NCBI GenBank assembly: GCA_041178085.1
Contig: JBEGVZ010000043.1
Coordinates: 1-64,000 of the forward strand
Reading direction: 5' to 3'
DNA from: Pseudomonadota bacterium
GTDB lineage: Bacteria > Bdellovibrionota_B > Oligoflexia > Oligoflexales > RGVZ01
Length of the DNA stretch: 64,000 nucleotides
The notes beneath the pieces were generated by a model that was not told the DNA's origin, did not search any database, and worked only from the letters and a program-made list of their open reading frames with translations. This document shows positions 55,538 through 64,000 of the stretch, in pieces; position 1 is the stretch's first letter; the number at the start of each line of letters is the position of its first letter. A program made the translations under genes and the position numbers.

Positions 55538-56578
55538 TCAACACTTGAAACGACCGACGATGGCGGCCGCGACGAACTGCGCCGCCGCATGACCTGAGAC
55601 CCACGCGCCTTCAATCCTGGCTCCACTGAATGCATCACCAGCAAGGTGCAAGGAACGGCCCGGGTCCAACGTCACAAAACCATCCATTACTGGATGGATC
55701 GGTGTCGCATAACGCCACTTTTTCAGCTGCCAGATTGCAGGCAACACTTTTGCGGGGAGCCCTGAGGCGTCAAGCATCATGCGCGTAACGGTTGCAGGAT
55801 CAGCATCGAAGTGTTGCAGGCTGAACGCGGGAGACGCGTGCAAAGTTATCCCGCCTGGCAACGGTGATACTCCTTTGCGGTGATTGTCCGCACCCCACGA
55901 CAACACCTCCCCGTCGTAGCGACGTGCACCGGGAGCAGGAAAAACCGCCGCCGCAATATCCGGATCAATCACCAGCATCAAGGCAAGGCATGGATCGAAT
56001 CCAATTGAGGCGGCATGCTTTTCACAGGCATTGCTGATCGCAGCATCCTTGAAAAGAGGGACCGCCTGCACCACCGGAACCGTCACCAGCACCTGCCTTG
56101 CGGCAAGGGATCCGTCACCCTCACAATCAATCGACCAGAGCCCATCGATGGAACGGATTGCGGAAACCCTTTGATCCAGCCGCAAAGCGCCGGCTGGCAG
56201 ACGTGCAGCCAGATCCTTGGCTAGGGCGGTCATTCCGCGCGGACAGAAATACCGCGGATGGCCATCTGAAAATCCCACGGAATCGCCCGGATCAGCGGAT
56301 CCGCCACCGGGAAAACCACGACACCACTCTTCAACGATCCCGGCGCGATTCCATGTTTCGACCTGGGCACGGAATTCTTCCGACCGGACGGTAAAAAACT
56401 GCGCCCCGTGATCGAAGACATGCCCCTCAATCCTCCGGGTGGCAAGACGCCCTCCCGGCGCACGGCCTTTGTCCAACAAGACGATTTGCTTTCCAGCTGC
56501 ACGCAAAACGGGCTCAAGATGAACCGCTGCAGATAATCCACTGAGCCCCGCACCGACAATGGCCACGTCAAACATCAT
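55538..56578 (-). CDS. Renalase-like FAD-dependent oxidoreductase
   Basis: IVGAGLSGL, DKGRAPGGRLATRR, FDHGAQFFT, KWRYA, GD...RIEGAWVSG. Confidence 0.88.
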   Translation of the reverse strand: MMFDVAIVGAGLSGLSAAVHLEPVLRAAGKQIVLLDKGRAPGGRLATRRIEGHVFDHGAQFFTVRSEEFRAQVETWNRAGIVEEWCRGFPGGGSADPGDSVGFSDGHPRYFCPRGMTALAKDLAARLPAGALRLDQRVSAIRSIDGLWSIDCEGDGSLAARQVLVTVPVVQAVPLFKDAAISNACEKHAASIGFDPCLALMLVIDPDIAAAVFPAPGARRYDGEVLSWGADNHRKGVSPLPGGITLHASPAFSLQHFDADPATVTRMMLDASGLPAKVLPAIWQLKKWRYATPIHPVMDGFVTLDPGRSLHLAGDAFSGARIEGAWVSGHAAAQFVAAAIVGRFKC

Positions 56579-56627
56579 TTGTTACGATCTCCCCGCGGAA
56601 AACACTTTACGCGGGAAAGATCACTTC

Positions 56628-57380
56628 ATGCAAACCTACAACCTGTCGGATCGCGTCTACGTCATCACAGGAGCTGCCGGCGGTGTCGGTTCAACGCTCG
56701 CCCGTCACCTTCGTTCTTGCGGCGCCCGCCTTGCTCTGGGCAGCCGGAACCCCGAAAGTCTAAATGCACTGGCCGCGGAAACGGATTCGATTGTCGAGCG
56801 GTTCGACGGGGCGGATTTCGCCTCTGCCGAAACCCTCGTCAATGCCGCGCTGGAAAAATATGGCCAGATTGACGGTGCCATTTGCTGTTCCGGATCCATC
56901 TTGCTCAAGCCCGCCCATCTGGTCACGGAAGCCGAATACAACGCCACGATGGCGGCAAACGCGTCCGCTGCATTCGCTTTGGTGAGAGCCGCCGCGAAAC
57001 CCATGATGGCGAAAGGGGGATCCATTGTCCTGTTCGCCTCAGCGGCCTCAGTCGCAGGACTTTCCAACCACGAGGCAATTGCGGCGGCAAAAGGAGCCGT
57101 GATGGGGCTGACTTTATCTGCCGCTGCGACCTACGCGCGCTACGGAATCAGGGTCAACTGCGTTGCGCCTGGGCTGGTTGAAACACCACTCACCGCGCGC
57201 ATCACCGGCAACGAGGCATCACTGAAGGCCTCCCAGGCCATGCACGCACTTGGGCGCATAGGAAAACCAGAGGACATCGCTGCAGCGGCGACCTGGCTGC
57301 TGTCTGATGACAGTTCCTGGATGTCTGGAAATACCTTGAGCGTGGATGGTGGTCTTGGTCACCTGCGGAGCAAGGCATGA
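56628..57380 (+). CDS. SDR family oxidoreductase (atypical, IxxxK in place of YxxxK)
   Basis: TGAAGGVG, GSILLKP, HEAIAAAKG, IRVNCVAPGLVETP, SVDGG. Confidence 0.88.
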   Translation: MQTYNLSDRVYVITGAAGGVGSTLARHLRSCGARLALGSRNPESLNALAAETDSIVERFDGADFASAETLVNAALEKYGQIDGAICCSGSILLKPAHLVTEAEYNATMAANASAAFALVRAAAKPMMAKGGSIVLFASAASVAGLSNHEAIAAAKGAVMGLTLSAAATYARYGIRVNCVAPGLVETPLTARITGNEASLKASQAMHALGRIGKPEDIAAAATWLLSDDSSWMSGNTLSVDGGLGHLRSKA

Positions 57381-58243
57381 GCCGGGCTATCAAAAAAATC
57401 GTGGTCACCGGCGCTTCTGACGGCATCGGCAGGGTAACGGCCCTGCGACTGGCACAGGCCGGAAACCATGTGACCATTGTCGGACGCAGCGCCGAAAAAA
57501 CAAAAAAAGTTGCCGATGAAATCACGGCCAGCATCCCTGCCGGCACCCAGGGCTCGCTCGACTGGCTGGTAGCCGACCTCTCGCGCCCCGCTGAAGTGAG
57601 GCGCCTTGCGGATGAATGGCTGGCGCGTCACGACCACCTTGACGTTCTGGTCAACAATGCCGGCGCCATGTTTGAAAAGAACGAGGTCACGCCGGACGGG
57701 TTTGAAAAGACCTTCGCACTCAACCACTTGAACTATTTCTTGCTGACGGATCTTTTGATGCCTGCCATGCGCAAGGCGCCGGCCGCGCGGATCGTCAACG
57801 TGGCCAGCGAAGCCCATCGCGCCTGCGACCTTGATTTTGATGCGCTCGAGCAAAGGCATTCGGGAAAATACAACGCATGGCGCGCTTACCAGCGTTCGAA
57901 ACTCGCCAATATCCTGTTTACCCGGGAGCTGGCCCGACGCCTTGAAGAAACAGGCATCACTGCGAACTGCCTGCACCCCGGCCTGGTCGCGACTCGCTTC
58001 GGGCACAACAACCAAGGATTCTGGGGCATCGGGATGAAGCTGGCACAGCATCTGTTCGCCATCGACGAGGAAGCAGGCGCCAGCACGTCGATCTTCCTGT
58101 CGCTCGATCCTTCTGTGACCGGCAAGACGGGCGGCTACTACATCCGCTGTAAGCTCAGAAATCCGTCTTCAGCGGCACGGAACGAGGAAAGCGCAAAACG
58201 CCTGTGGACAGTCAGCGAAACCTTGCTTGGACCATTTCGCTGA
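57377..58243 (+). CDS. SDR family oxidoreductase (retinol dehydrogenase-like)
   Basis: TGASDGIG, NNAG, FALNHL, NVAS, YQRSK, LHPGLVAT. Confidence 0.9.
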   Translation: MSRAIKKIVVTGASDGIGRVTALRLAQAGNHVTIVGRSAEKTKKVADEITASIPAGTQGSLDWLVADLSRPAEVRRLADEWLARHDHLDVLVNNAGAMFEKNEVTPDGFEKTFALNHLNYFLLTDLLMPAMRKAPAARIVNVASEAHRACDLDFDALEQRHSGKYNAWRAYQRSKLANILFTRELARRLEETGITANCLHPGLVATRFGHNNQGFWGIGMKLAQHLFAIDEEAGASTSIFLSLDPSVTGKTGGYYIRCKLRNPSSAARNEESAKRLWTVSETLLGPFR

Positions 58244-58723
58244 TCAAATGATCATCAAAACCGCGACCAGGCCTTTTGCGAGCCAAGCCACCGTGCGCAG
58301 CCAATTGGTCACAACCAGGCGCCGGATCGCTGGAAGGTCGTATCGCTTGGCAAGGATCGCATGACAAGGAATGCTGAATAGCGCAGTTGCCCCGAAAATG
58401 AAAATCACCAGAGAAATGTTCCAGACAGCAAGACTGCCGTCGAGCAAACGCTCACCGTTGGGCGTGGTCAGCCAGACCAGCAGGCACGCCGAGAGCAGCG
58501 CTTCAACCACCATGGGAGGTCCGACGACAATGCTGGTCAACCACTGGTTGCGTTCACTGTATTCGGCGAACCCGTCCGGACCGATGTCCCGGAACAAAGG
58601 ATAGTGAACAACCTGGACAAACAGGATCACGCCAATCATGTACCAGCTGGCAATGGCGTTGATGATCAAGGCGCCCCGGATATGATCCGGGCTGGCAAGG
58701 CTGGCGATCCAGGCATCAAACAT
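58244..58723 (-). CDS. Hypothetical 4-TM membrane protein
   Basis: GVILFVQVVHYPLF, VGPPM, SIPCH..L, LVVTNWLRT; hydrophobic helices. Confidence 0.75.
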   Translation of the reverse strand: MFDAWIASLASPDHIRGALIINAIASWYMIGVILFVQVVHYPLFRDIGPDGFAEYSERNQWLTSIVVGPPMVVEALLSACLLVWLTTPNGERLLDGSLAVWNISLVIFIFGATALFSIPCHAILAKRYDLPAIRRLVVTNWLRTVAWLAKGLVAVLMII

Positions 58724-59636
58724 GGGAAGCTCCCCTGTCATTGCTGGTCACGAGAGAACCATAGCCGTCACGATAGCCTGGGAATTTCCAGGAAAAACCT
58801 GTGGAAGCGAGCAATCCGTTGCGCACGCGCTTGTTCGTCTCTGGCAAATCCTTGTGTGCCAAGGGCATTCCGTCTGGCCCAGTGAAGACCACGCTCAATG
58901 GCTTCAGTCCGAGTTGCTGCCGTAACCAGACGATAATCTCGTGCTGCGGAGCCGGATCTGAATCGGTCACACAATAAGTCCTCGCTGGATTTTGAAGCTC
59001 AAGGCAATGCACGACAGCGCGGGCGCCATCTTCCACATGAATCCGGTTGGTATAAGCAATTTCCCTCACGGTCATGGGATCCTGGGCATCGCGAGCAACA
59101 TTCAGCATCCTGGTCCGCCCAGGACCATAGATCCCGGAAAATCGCAGAACGAGCGAATTGGAGCGTTCATTGACGAATTGTTCCCCGGCCAACATCGCTC
59201 GCTGCGTCGGGGCTACCGACTCTTCATCGATCTGATGGAATTCGTCCACCCAACGGCCATCATCCTCTGGATAAACTCCTGTACTGGAAACAAACACCAG
59301 CCGCGCCGTCGCGGGCAGAATCGAAATCACATTGGCCAGCCCATGCTGGTAAGCGTCACGGTATGCGTCGACGGAGGGTGTCCCTGCGGACACACAATAA
59401 ACGACGGCATCGAAGGAATGCGCGAAGCTGTCAATCGCCGTACGAAGATCGTCGATCTTCAAGACATCCATTGATAGCCAGGCAGAGAAACCGGGAACCG
59501 GAGAACTGCCATCCGGAGCATTGCGTCGCGCACCCACTACCCGCCAACCGGCTGCAGCCGCCTCAGAGGCGACAGCTTTCCCGAGGTAACCGGCCCCGAT
59601 AATCAGGACTGATTTTTGTTGGCGTCGGCCAGACAT
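58716..59636 (-). CDS. NAD-dependent epimerase/dehydratase family (atypical SDR, YeeZ-like)
   Basis: IIGAGYLG, FVSSTGVY, LRFSGIYGPGR, NRIHVED, NKRVRN. Confidence 0.88.
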   Translation of the reverse strand: MSGRRQQKSVLIIGAGYLGKAVASEAAAAGWRVVGARRNAPDGSSPVPGFSAWLSMDVLKIDDLRTAIDSFAHSFDAVVYCVSAGTPSVDAYRDAYQHGLANVISILPATARLVFVSSTGVYPEDDGRWVDEFHQIDEESVAPTQRAMLAGEQFVNERSNSLVLRFSGIYGPGRTRMLNVARDAQDPMTVREIAYTNRIHVEDGARAVVHCLELQNPARTYCVTDSDPAPQHEIIVWLRQQLGLKPLSVVFTGPDGMPLAHKDLPETNKRVRNGLLASTGFSWKFPGYRDGYGSLVTSNDRGASHV

Positions 59637-60901
59637 CGCTCAATCATCCCTTCCAGCAACGGGCGCCCATCAATCCTTGCTCCAAGGTGGGAAAGGAAGA
59701 CAAACACCCCGCCCAGTTTGCGATCAAGGAACAGTAATTCCCGCGGGGGCGAAGGCAATTTTTGTTCTACCACAAGCTTCAAGCCAAGGGCCGTCGTCCG
59801 CCGCGGCAGCTCATTCGCACGCCAATCATACTTGCCGCCCGCAAAAGGTTCCACGACGGCAAGACACAACTCAACAAAGACCTGTTCCATGACTGGCGGT
59901 GCATCAAGAGGCAGTATGCCGAGCCGCTTGCCTGCAGACGCGATGGCGGCTGGATCGGAGTCCAGGGCAGCCTTTACCATTCCGGCATATTTGCGCACGA
60001 AATCAGCTGGAAACTTGCGCACCGCACCGAAATCGAGCAGCACCAGCTGGTCCGGGGAACCATCCTTGCCTGGACGAATGCGGTAATTGCCAAAATGTGG
60101 ATCTGTCTGGACAAAATTCCAGGAAAAATATTCGTTAAAAAAGAGCTCAAGAAAGTTTTCTGCCAACTGGTTGCGCCGGTCAACCGACAGGCGAGACACT
60201 TTGGGATCCTCGACATCCAGGCTCTCGATCCAACGGGTAGCAAGGATCTTGCTGCCGGAAAACTCCTCGAAGACATCAGGGACAAGGTACCTTGGATCAT
60301 CCCCCGCGAGCCTGCGATATTCACGCGTCGCCAGCAGTTCCTGTCCGTAATCAACTTCGCGCCGGAGCATGTCGCGGACTTCCGAGAAAATAATCCGCTC
60401 ATCGATCTCAACTGGCAGGACACCAGCCATGCGCAACACCATGCGCAGGTTGCGCAGGTCGCCCTCGATCGCCTTGGCAACTCCCGGGTATTGGATCTTC
60501 AGGCAAATGCGTTCACCGGAATTTTTAATCGTCGCGAGGTGCACCTGGCCCAGGCTGGCCGCGGCCAGCGGGGTCGGCTCGATTTCCAGCAAAGCCAGCT
60601 TCGCCGGACCAAGGCGCCGGCGCAGGGTCCGTTCCATGACTGGCCAGTCAACGGGTTCCGACTTGGCATTCAGAGTCCTGAGAACTGCGTTAATTTCCGG
60701 GGGAAAGAAATGTTCCCCCGCGAGCCCGAGCAGCTGCCCAGCCTTCATCATGCTGCCCTTCATCTGCCCGAGGACCTTGGCCAAGGCCTCCGCCTGTTGC
60801 AAGACGGTGCGAGTGCGCGTTACCGCAGTGATTCCACTCTGGATCCCGAAGCCGATCACGCGCAAGGAACGTTCGATGGCGGATGCAGGTATACGCTTCA
60901 T
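59603..60901 (-). CDS. ABC1/AarF/UbiB family atypical kinase
   Basis: MKAGQ, AAASLGQVH, KIQYPGV, QTDPHFGN, LLDFG. Confidence 0.92.
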   Translation of the reverse strand: MKRIPASAIERSLRVIGFGIQSGITAVTRTRTVLQQAEALAKVLGQMKGSMMKAGQLLGLAGEHFFPPEINAVLRTLNAKSEPVDWPVMERTLRRRLGPAKLALLEIEPTPLAAASLGQVHLATIKNSGERICLKIQYPGVAKAIEGDLRNLRMVLRMAGVLPVEIDERIIFSEVRDMLRREVDYGQELLATREYRRLAGDDPRYLVPDVFEEFSGSKILATRWIESLDVEDPKVSRLSVDRRNQLAENFLELFFNEYFSWNFVQTDPHFGNYRIRPGKDGSPDQLVLLDFGAVRKFPADFVRKYAGMVKAALDSDPAAIASAGKRLGILPLDAPPVMEQVFVELCLAVVEPFAGGKYDWRANELPRRTTALGLKLVVEQKLPSPPRELLFLDRKLGGVFVFLSHLGARIDGRPLLEGMIERCLADANKNQS

Positions 60902-61107
60902 GGGGAAGATTTCGATTTGGCAGGCACCGCCGGATAGGGACAATGACGGCAACCGTTGCCACAGCAATATCCCCTGCGCGCCAGGAAGGACGAAGTAAAA
61001 ACCATGAAACCAGTGTCGGGATCGATATAGTAATCGGGCTCAGAACTGGACGACTTGCGATCGCCCTCCTTTCGTTCTGTACCCTTAATCCCTGTTGTAG
61101 TGCTCAT
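60898..61107 (-). CDS. DUF5522-like small Cys-rich protein
   Basis: YYID..G.MVFT..LARRGYCCGNGCRHCPY; its stop overlaps the kinase ATG (ATGA). Confidence 0.8.
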   Translation of the reverse strand: MSTTTGIKGTERKEGDRKSSSSEPDYYIDPDTGFMVFTSSFLARRGYCCGNGCRHCPYPAVPAKSKSSP

Positions 61108-61390
61108 AACGTTCAGGTTCCGCCTGCCACGGAGTGTACTCCCACTCTTCGGACAGTGGAATCGTCAAGGTGGCCAGTCCTACCGCAAGGATGGGAGGCA
61201 GAAGCGAAGTCCAATGGCTGACCATGCCTGTGAGCAGCGGATAAACCAGCAACCCCAAAAACATGCCCGCACCGATACACCAGGTCAGCAAAGAAGCTCT
61301 GCGCCGAAGATAGACCACCATGTGCGCGTAACGCAACTTGGGGTCCTGTTTCGACTTGTCCCCTGCAGCAGCTTTTTTATCAGTCGACAT
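61085..61390 (-). CDS. Hypothetical 2-TM membrane protein
   Basis: GGGAG RBS; two hydrophobic helices; C-terminal EEWEYTPWQ. Confidence 0.65.
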   Translation of the reverse strand: MSTDKKAAAGDKSKQDPKLRYAHMVVYLRRRASLLTWCIGAGMFLGLLVYPLLTGMVSHWTSLLPPILAVGLATLTIPLSEEWEYTPWQAEPERYEHYNRD

Positions 61391-61442
61391 GATCAACTCC
61401 CGCTTGTCCAATAAAAGTCAAACTTTGAAGGCCAGGCTGAAA

Positions 61443-61802
61443 TCACTTGCTGGGCTTGACGCCCTCTTTACTTTTGGCGGTCTTGACCACCACCTTGACC
61501 TCGTTGCCACCCAACCGGAAGCGCACGAGCGCCAAACTGCCGACGAGAAGGCAGAAAAACAGCGTGTAAAGAACACCCACACCATGGAGCCACACTTGCG
61601 GGACAGCGATCACGGAAGTCACGCCGGCGGCCGTTACAGCGATTGCGTAGTTGAGCCCGGCGAATTCGTCGCTATGCTCCACTCCATTGAAGGGCATGAA
61701 AAGAATAATCAGGAGGGTGATCACACCGACGCCTGTTGCAACGGTCCCAGTCAACCCCCAGGATTCAATCAGAGCCTCAACCTTGTTAAACCAAACCCAC
61801 AT
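61443..61802 (-). CDS. Hypothetical 3-TM membrane protein
   Basis: GAGG RBS; three hydrophobic helices and a basic tail. Confidence 0.65.
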   Translation of the reverse strand: MWVWFNKVEALIESWGLTGTVATGVGVITLLIILFMPFNGVEHSDEFAGLNYAIAVTAAGVTSVIAVPQVWLHGVGVLYTLFFCLLVGSLALVRFRLGGNEVKVVVKTAKSKEGVKPSK

Positions 61803-61965
61803 CGGAGTACCTCTCGGGAGTCAGTTCCCATAAGAGTGGTTTCGGTGATCCCGGAATGGACTGAAGTGGGAAAAATTTGCCCGCAAAAACAGCTTCCGGG
61901 TCCGCCCTTGTCCGGTATAAGATTACGAAATTGCAGCCATTTCGTAAGTGTCGATGGGAGTCAAA

Positions 61966-63084
61966 ATGCACCAAGGAAACGCGCTTCCAGTCAATGTTTC
62001 CCGTCGGTTACCTGCCCGGGTGGCATGGTTCCACCTGATCGCTGCCGCACTATTTCTGGCCCCTGCAGGTCAGCAGGCACTGGCGACAGACCAAAAAGAC
62101 GAAAACGGCGAAAGCGATACCCTGGTCAAAACAGCCCGTCAGGTACACCTTGGACAGATTCGGTTTGAAGACAGCTCTCACGACTTCGGCAGGGTAAAGC
62201 GCGGCGAAAAGCTGACGCACCGCTTTGCTTTCCGCAACGAGGGCAAAGGACCACTCAAGGTCTACGGCGTCCACGCGGCCTGTGGATGTACTGCGGCAGA
62301 AGTCGCCTCGGGCAAAGAATACGCACCCCAGGAAACTGGTGCCATCGACGTCACGTTTGACACCACGGACTTTGATGGCAGCGTGGTCAAGACCATCACG
62401 GTCATGACCAACGAACGCCATGTGTCGGATCGCACCCTGTCGCTCCGTGCCACCGTGATCGGCGAATTTGAAGTGAACCCGCCATTGGCGGACTTTGGCG
62501 AAACCCTCATCCGGGATGGCGGCATGCAGCAGGTCGTGATCAAGCCCCAGCCCGGCAACAAGTTCGTGGTGGACAAAATCAAGTTCAATGCCGAGACCCT
62601 TGATGTTTCGTCGGTCGCAAAAGACGGCGGTTACGTCATCTCAATTCAGCTGAAGAAGGATATTCCGACCGGATTCCTGAAGGAAACCGTCTACGTCAGG
62701 AACAATTCCAAGAGTCTGCCAGAACTGCGCATTCCGGTCCGTGCGACCATCCGCGGCAACATCGAAATCGAGCCCAAGTACATTGAGTTTGGCGCCATAT
62801 CACCAAGCGACAAGAGCAGCCGCTCGATCACACTTAACGGCCTCAAGGAATTCGACATCAAGAATGTCCGGATGGACCTCAACCTCAATGGCGCCAAAGT
62901 GAGCGACTCGGCCGATCTGTTAAAGGTGAACCCGGTAAGCACGGACAAGCAAAAGAAATTGATTGCAGTCGACTTGCTAAACAAGATCGACAAGGCCGGT
63001 AGCGTCCATGGCCGCCTCTTTATCGAGACTACTGATCCTCAGCAAAAAGAAATCCCGGTCGACTTTTACGCGTTCTTCCGGTGA
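61966..63084 (+). CDS. DUF1573 domain-containing exported protein (tandem Ig-like domains)
   Basis: HDFGRV...F.FRNEG..PL......ACGCTAA...PQETG.I.V.FD; repeated DFG/EFG domain starts. Confidence 0.85.
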   Translation: MHQGNALPVNVSRRLPARVAWFHLIAAALFLAPAGQQALATDQKDENGESDTLVKTARQVHLGQIRFEDSSHDFGRVKRGEKLTHRFAFRNEGKGPLKVYGVHAACGCTAAEVASGKEYAPQETGAIDVTFDTTDFDGSVVKTITVMTNERHVSDRTLSLRATVIGEFEVNPPLADFGETLIRDGGMQQVVIKPQPGNKFVVDKIKFNAETLDVSSVAKDGGYVISIQLKKDIPTGFLKETVYVRNNSKSLPELRIPVRATIRGNIEIEPKYIEFGAISPSDKSSRSITLNGLKEFDIKNVRMDLNLNGAKVSDSADLLKVNPVSTDKQKKLIAVDLLNKIDKAGSVHGRLFIETTDPQQKEIPVDFYAFFR

Positions 63085-63269
63085 TGGAGGCAGAAACCAT
63101 GGGTTCCGAGACTGTTTTCTGGGCTCTTTATACGATTTCAGGGCTGAGCCTGTTGATAGCTTCCACAATGTATTGGATCAGCCCAACCGATCATTTGGAG
63201 AACGCAGACCAACAAGGCGCTGATGCGCAACTCGGGCCTTCGGCGAATGGAACCGTCAGCACTGAATGA
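63084..63269 (+). CDS. Possible small membrane protein
   Basis: Overlaps the upstream stop; one hydrophobic helix; start uncertain. Confidence 0.4.
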   Translation: MEAETMGSETVFWALYTISGLSLLIASTMYWISPTDHLENADQQGADAQLGPSANGTVSTE

Positions 63270-63346
63270 GATGCGTTACAGCCAGACTCAGGCGTAACTC
63301 TGTGTCGACTGGCGCCAACGCGAAAAGTATCGTCATCAAAGTTAAC

Positions 63347-64000
63347 TTAAAGGCTTATCTGGCCAGCTTTTTCTTTCATTCGCTTGGAATTGATCCGGTT
63401 CAGCGTCTCTCGCGTCACGCCAAGGTAGGAGGCCAGGGCGGCCTGAGAGACCACCCCGACCAGATCACGATGAGATTTGTAGAGGCATTCCAGCTTTTCC
63501 GTGGCATTCCGGCGGGACACCGCATCCATGCGGCGATGCAAGGATCCGACATAATCGTTGGCAAGAATTAAAAGCACTGCTTGCAGCTCATGGTTTTCAC
63601 CGGCCAATTGCTGCAGTTTTTGCAAGTCAAACACCCATCCAGAAAGATCCGTCAAGGCTGTCCAGTAATGCTGGAGTGGTTGGTCGCCTGAGAACTCGGC
63701 CCATGGACTCGCGAAACTGCCTACGCTGAAGAACTGAGACGTCAGCTCCCCGTCAATCGCATCACGACGCCAAACACGAATTGCACCGTGACCAATCATG
63801 AAAGCACGAGTTGGACGGTTCCCGGGTACAAAAACGCTATCACCTTGCGGCACTGAAATACGCCGTGCGCACGTGGCTAACTGCTTCCAGGAAGCCTCCT
63901 GCAGGTTCAAACGGCTGCGCAGGGCCATACGCAGAAGGGCGTCTTCTGTTTGCGATAATTCAGACCTTTCAGTCGTCTTGAATGCATCTTGAGTCGTCGC
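63347..64000 (-). CDS. Crp/Fnr family transcriptional regulator; the frame stays open to the window edge, so the start may lie outside
   Basis: cNMP-binding-like beta region and C-terminal HTH LASYLGVTRETLNRI; no stop codon between 63929 and 64000 in frame. Confidence 0.85.
   Translation of the reverse strand, partial: ATTQDAFKTTERSELSQTEDALLRMALRSRLNLQEASWKQLATCARRISVPQGDSVFVPGNRPTRAFMIGHGAIRVWRRDAIDGELTSQFFSVGSFASPWAEFSGDQPLQHYWTALTDLSGWVFDLQKLQQLAGENHELQAVLLILANDYVGSLHRRMDAVSRRNATEKLECLYKSHRDLVGVVSQAALASYLGVTRETLNRINSKRMKEKAGQISL

Noticed and set aside
56586..56622. Imperfect inverted repeat between the renalase-like gene and the SDR
   Set aside because: Short, GC-rich and mismatched; could arise by chance.
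59762..60937. 391-aa plus-strand ORF
   Set aside because: Antisense shadow of the ABC1 kinase.

Overview
A gene-dense, moderately GC-rich chromosomal backbone segment, most likely from a Bdellovibrionota/Oligoflexia-type (former deltaproteobacterial) bacterium. The taxonomy is inferred from gene order and protein style, not from a search. The window contains: a partial tsaB with rseP-cdsA-uppS and no dxr; rsmI; an AI-2E family transporter; prmC-prfA-rpmE-rho; rimO; a flagellar cluster (flgF-G-A-H-I-J-M-N-K-L-csrA-fliW plus one flagellin); carD; rpsO-pnp-dut; an envelope-processing locus (S41 protease, glycosyltransferase-TPR, and an unusual LspA-HAMP-peroxiredoxin-like fusion convergent on a 777-aa orphan); a TPR protein; namZ; a PilZ protein; DsbA; orn; pepP; HU; ftsY; a small MITE/REP-like element; and a cluster of oxidoreductases, SDRs and an ABC1 kinase. 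I found no rRNA, tRNA, CRISPR array, prophage or transposase. The best novelty candidates are the LspA-HAMP-CxxC fusion with its neighbouring QNC-type lipoprotein candidate, a structured intergenic element encoding a 15-aa Cys-rich peptide behind a very strong Shine-Dalgarno sequence (orn-pepP), and a divergent FlgH with a coiled-coil tail. All functional calls rest on motifs and synteny read by eye.
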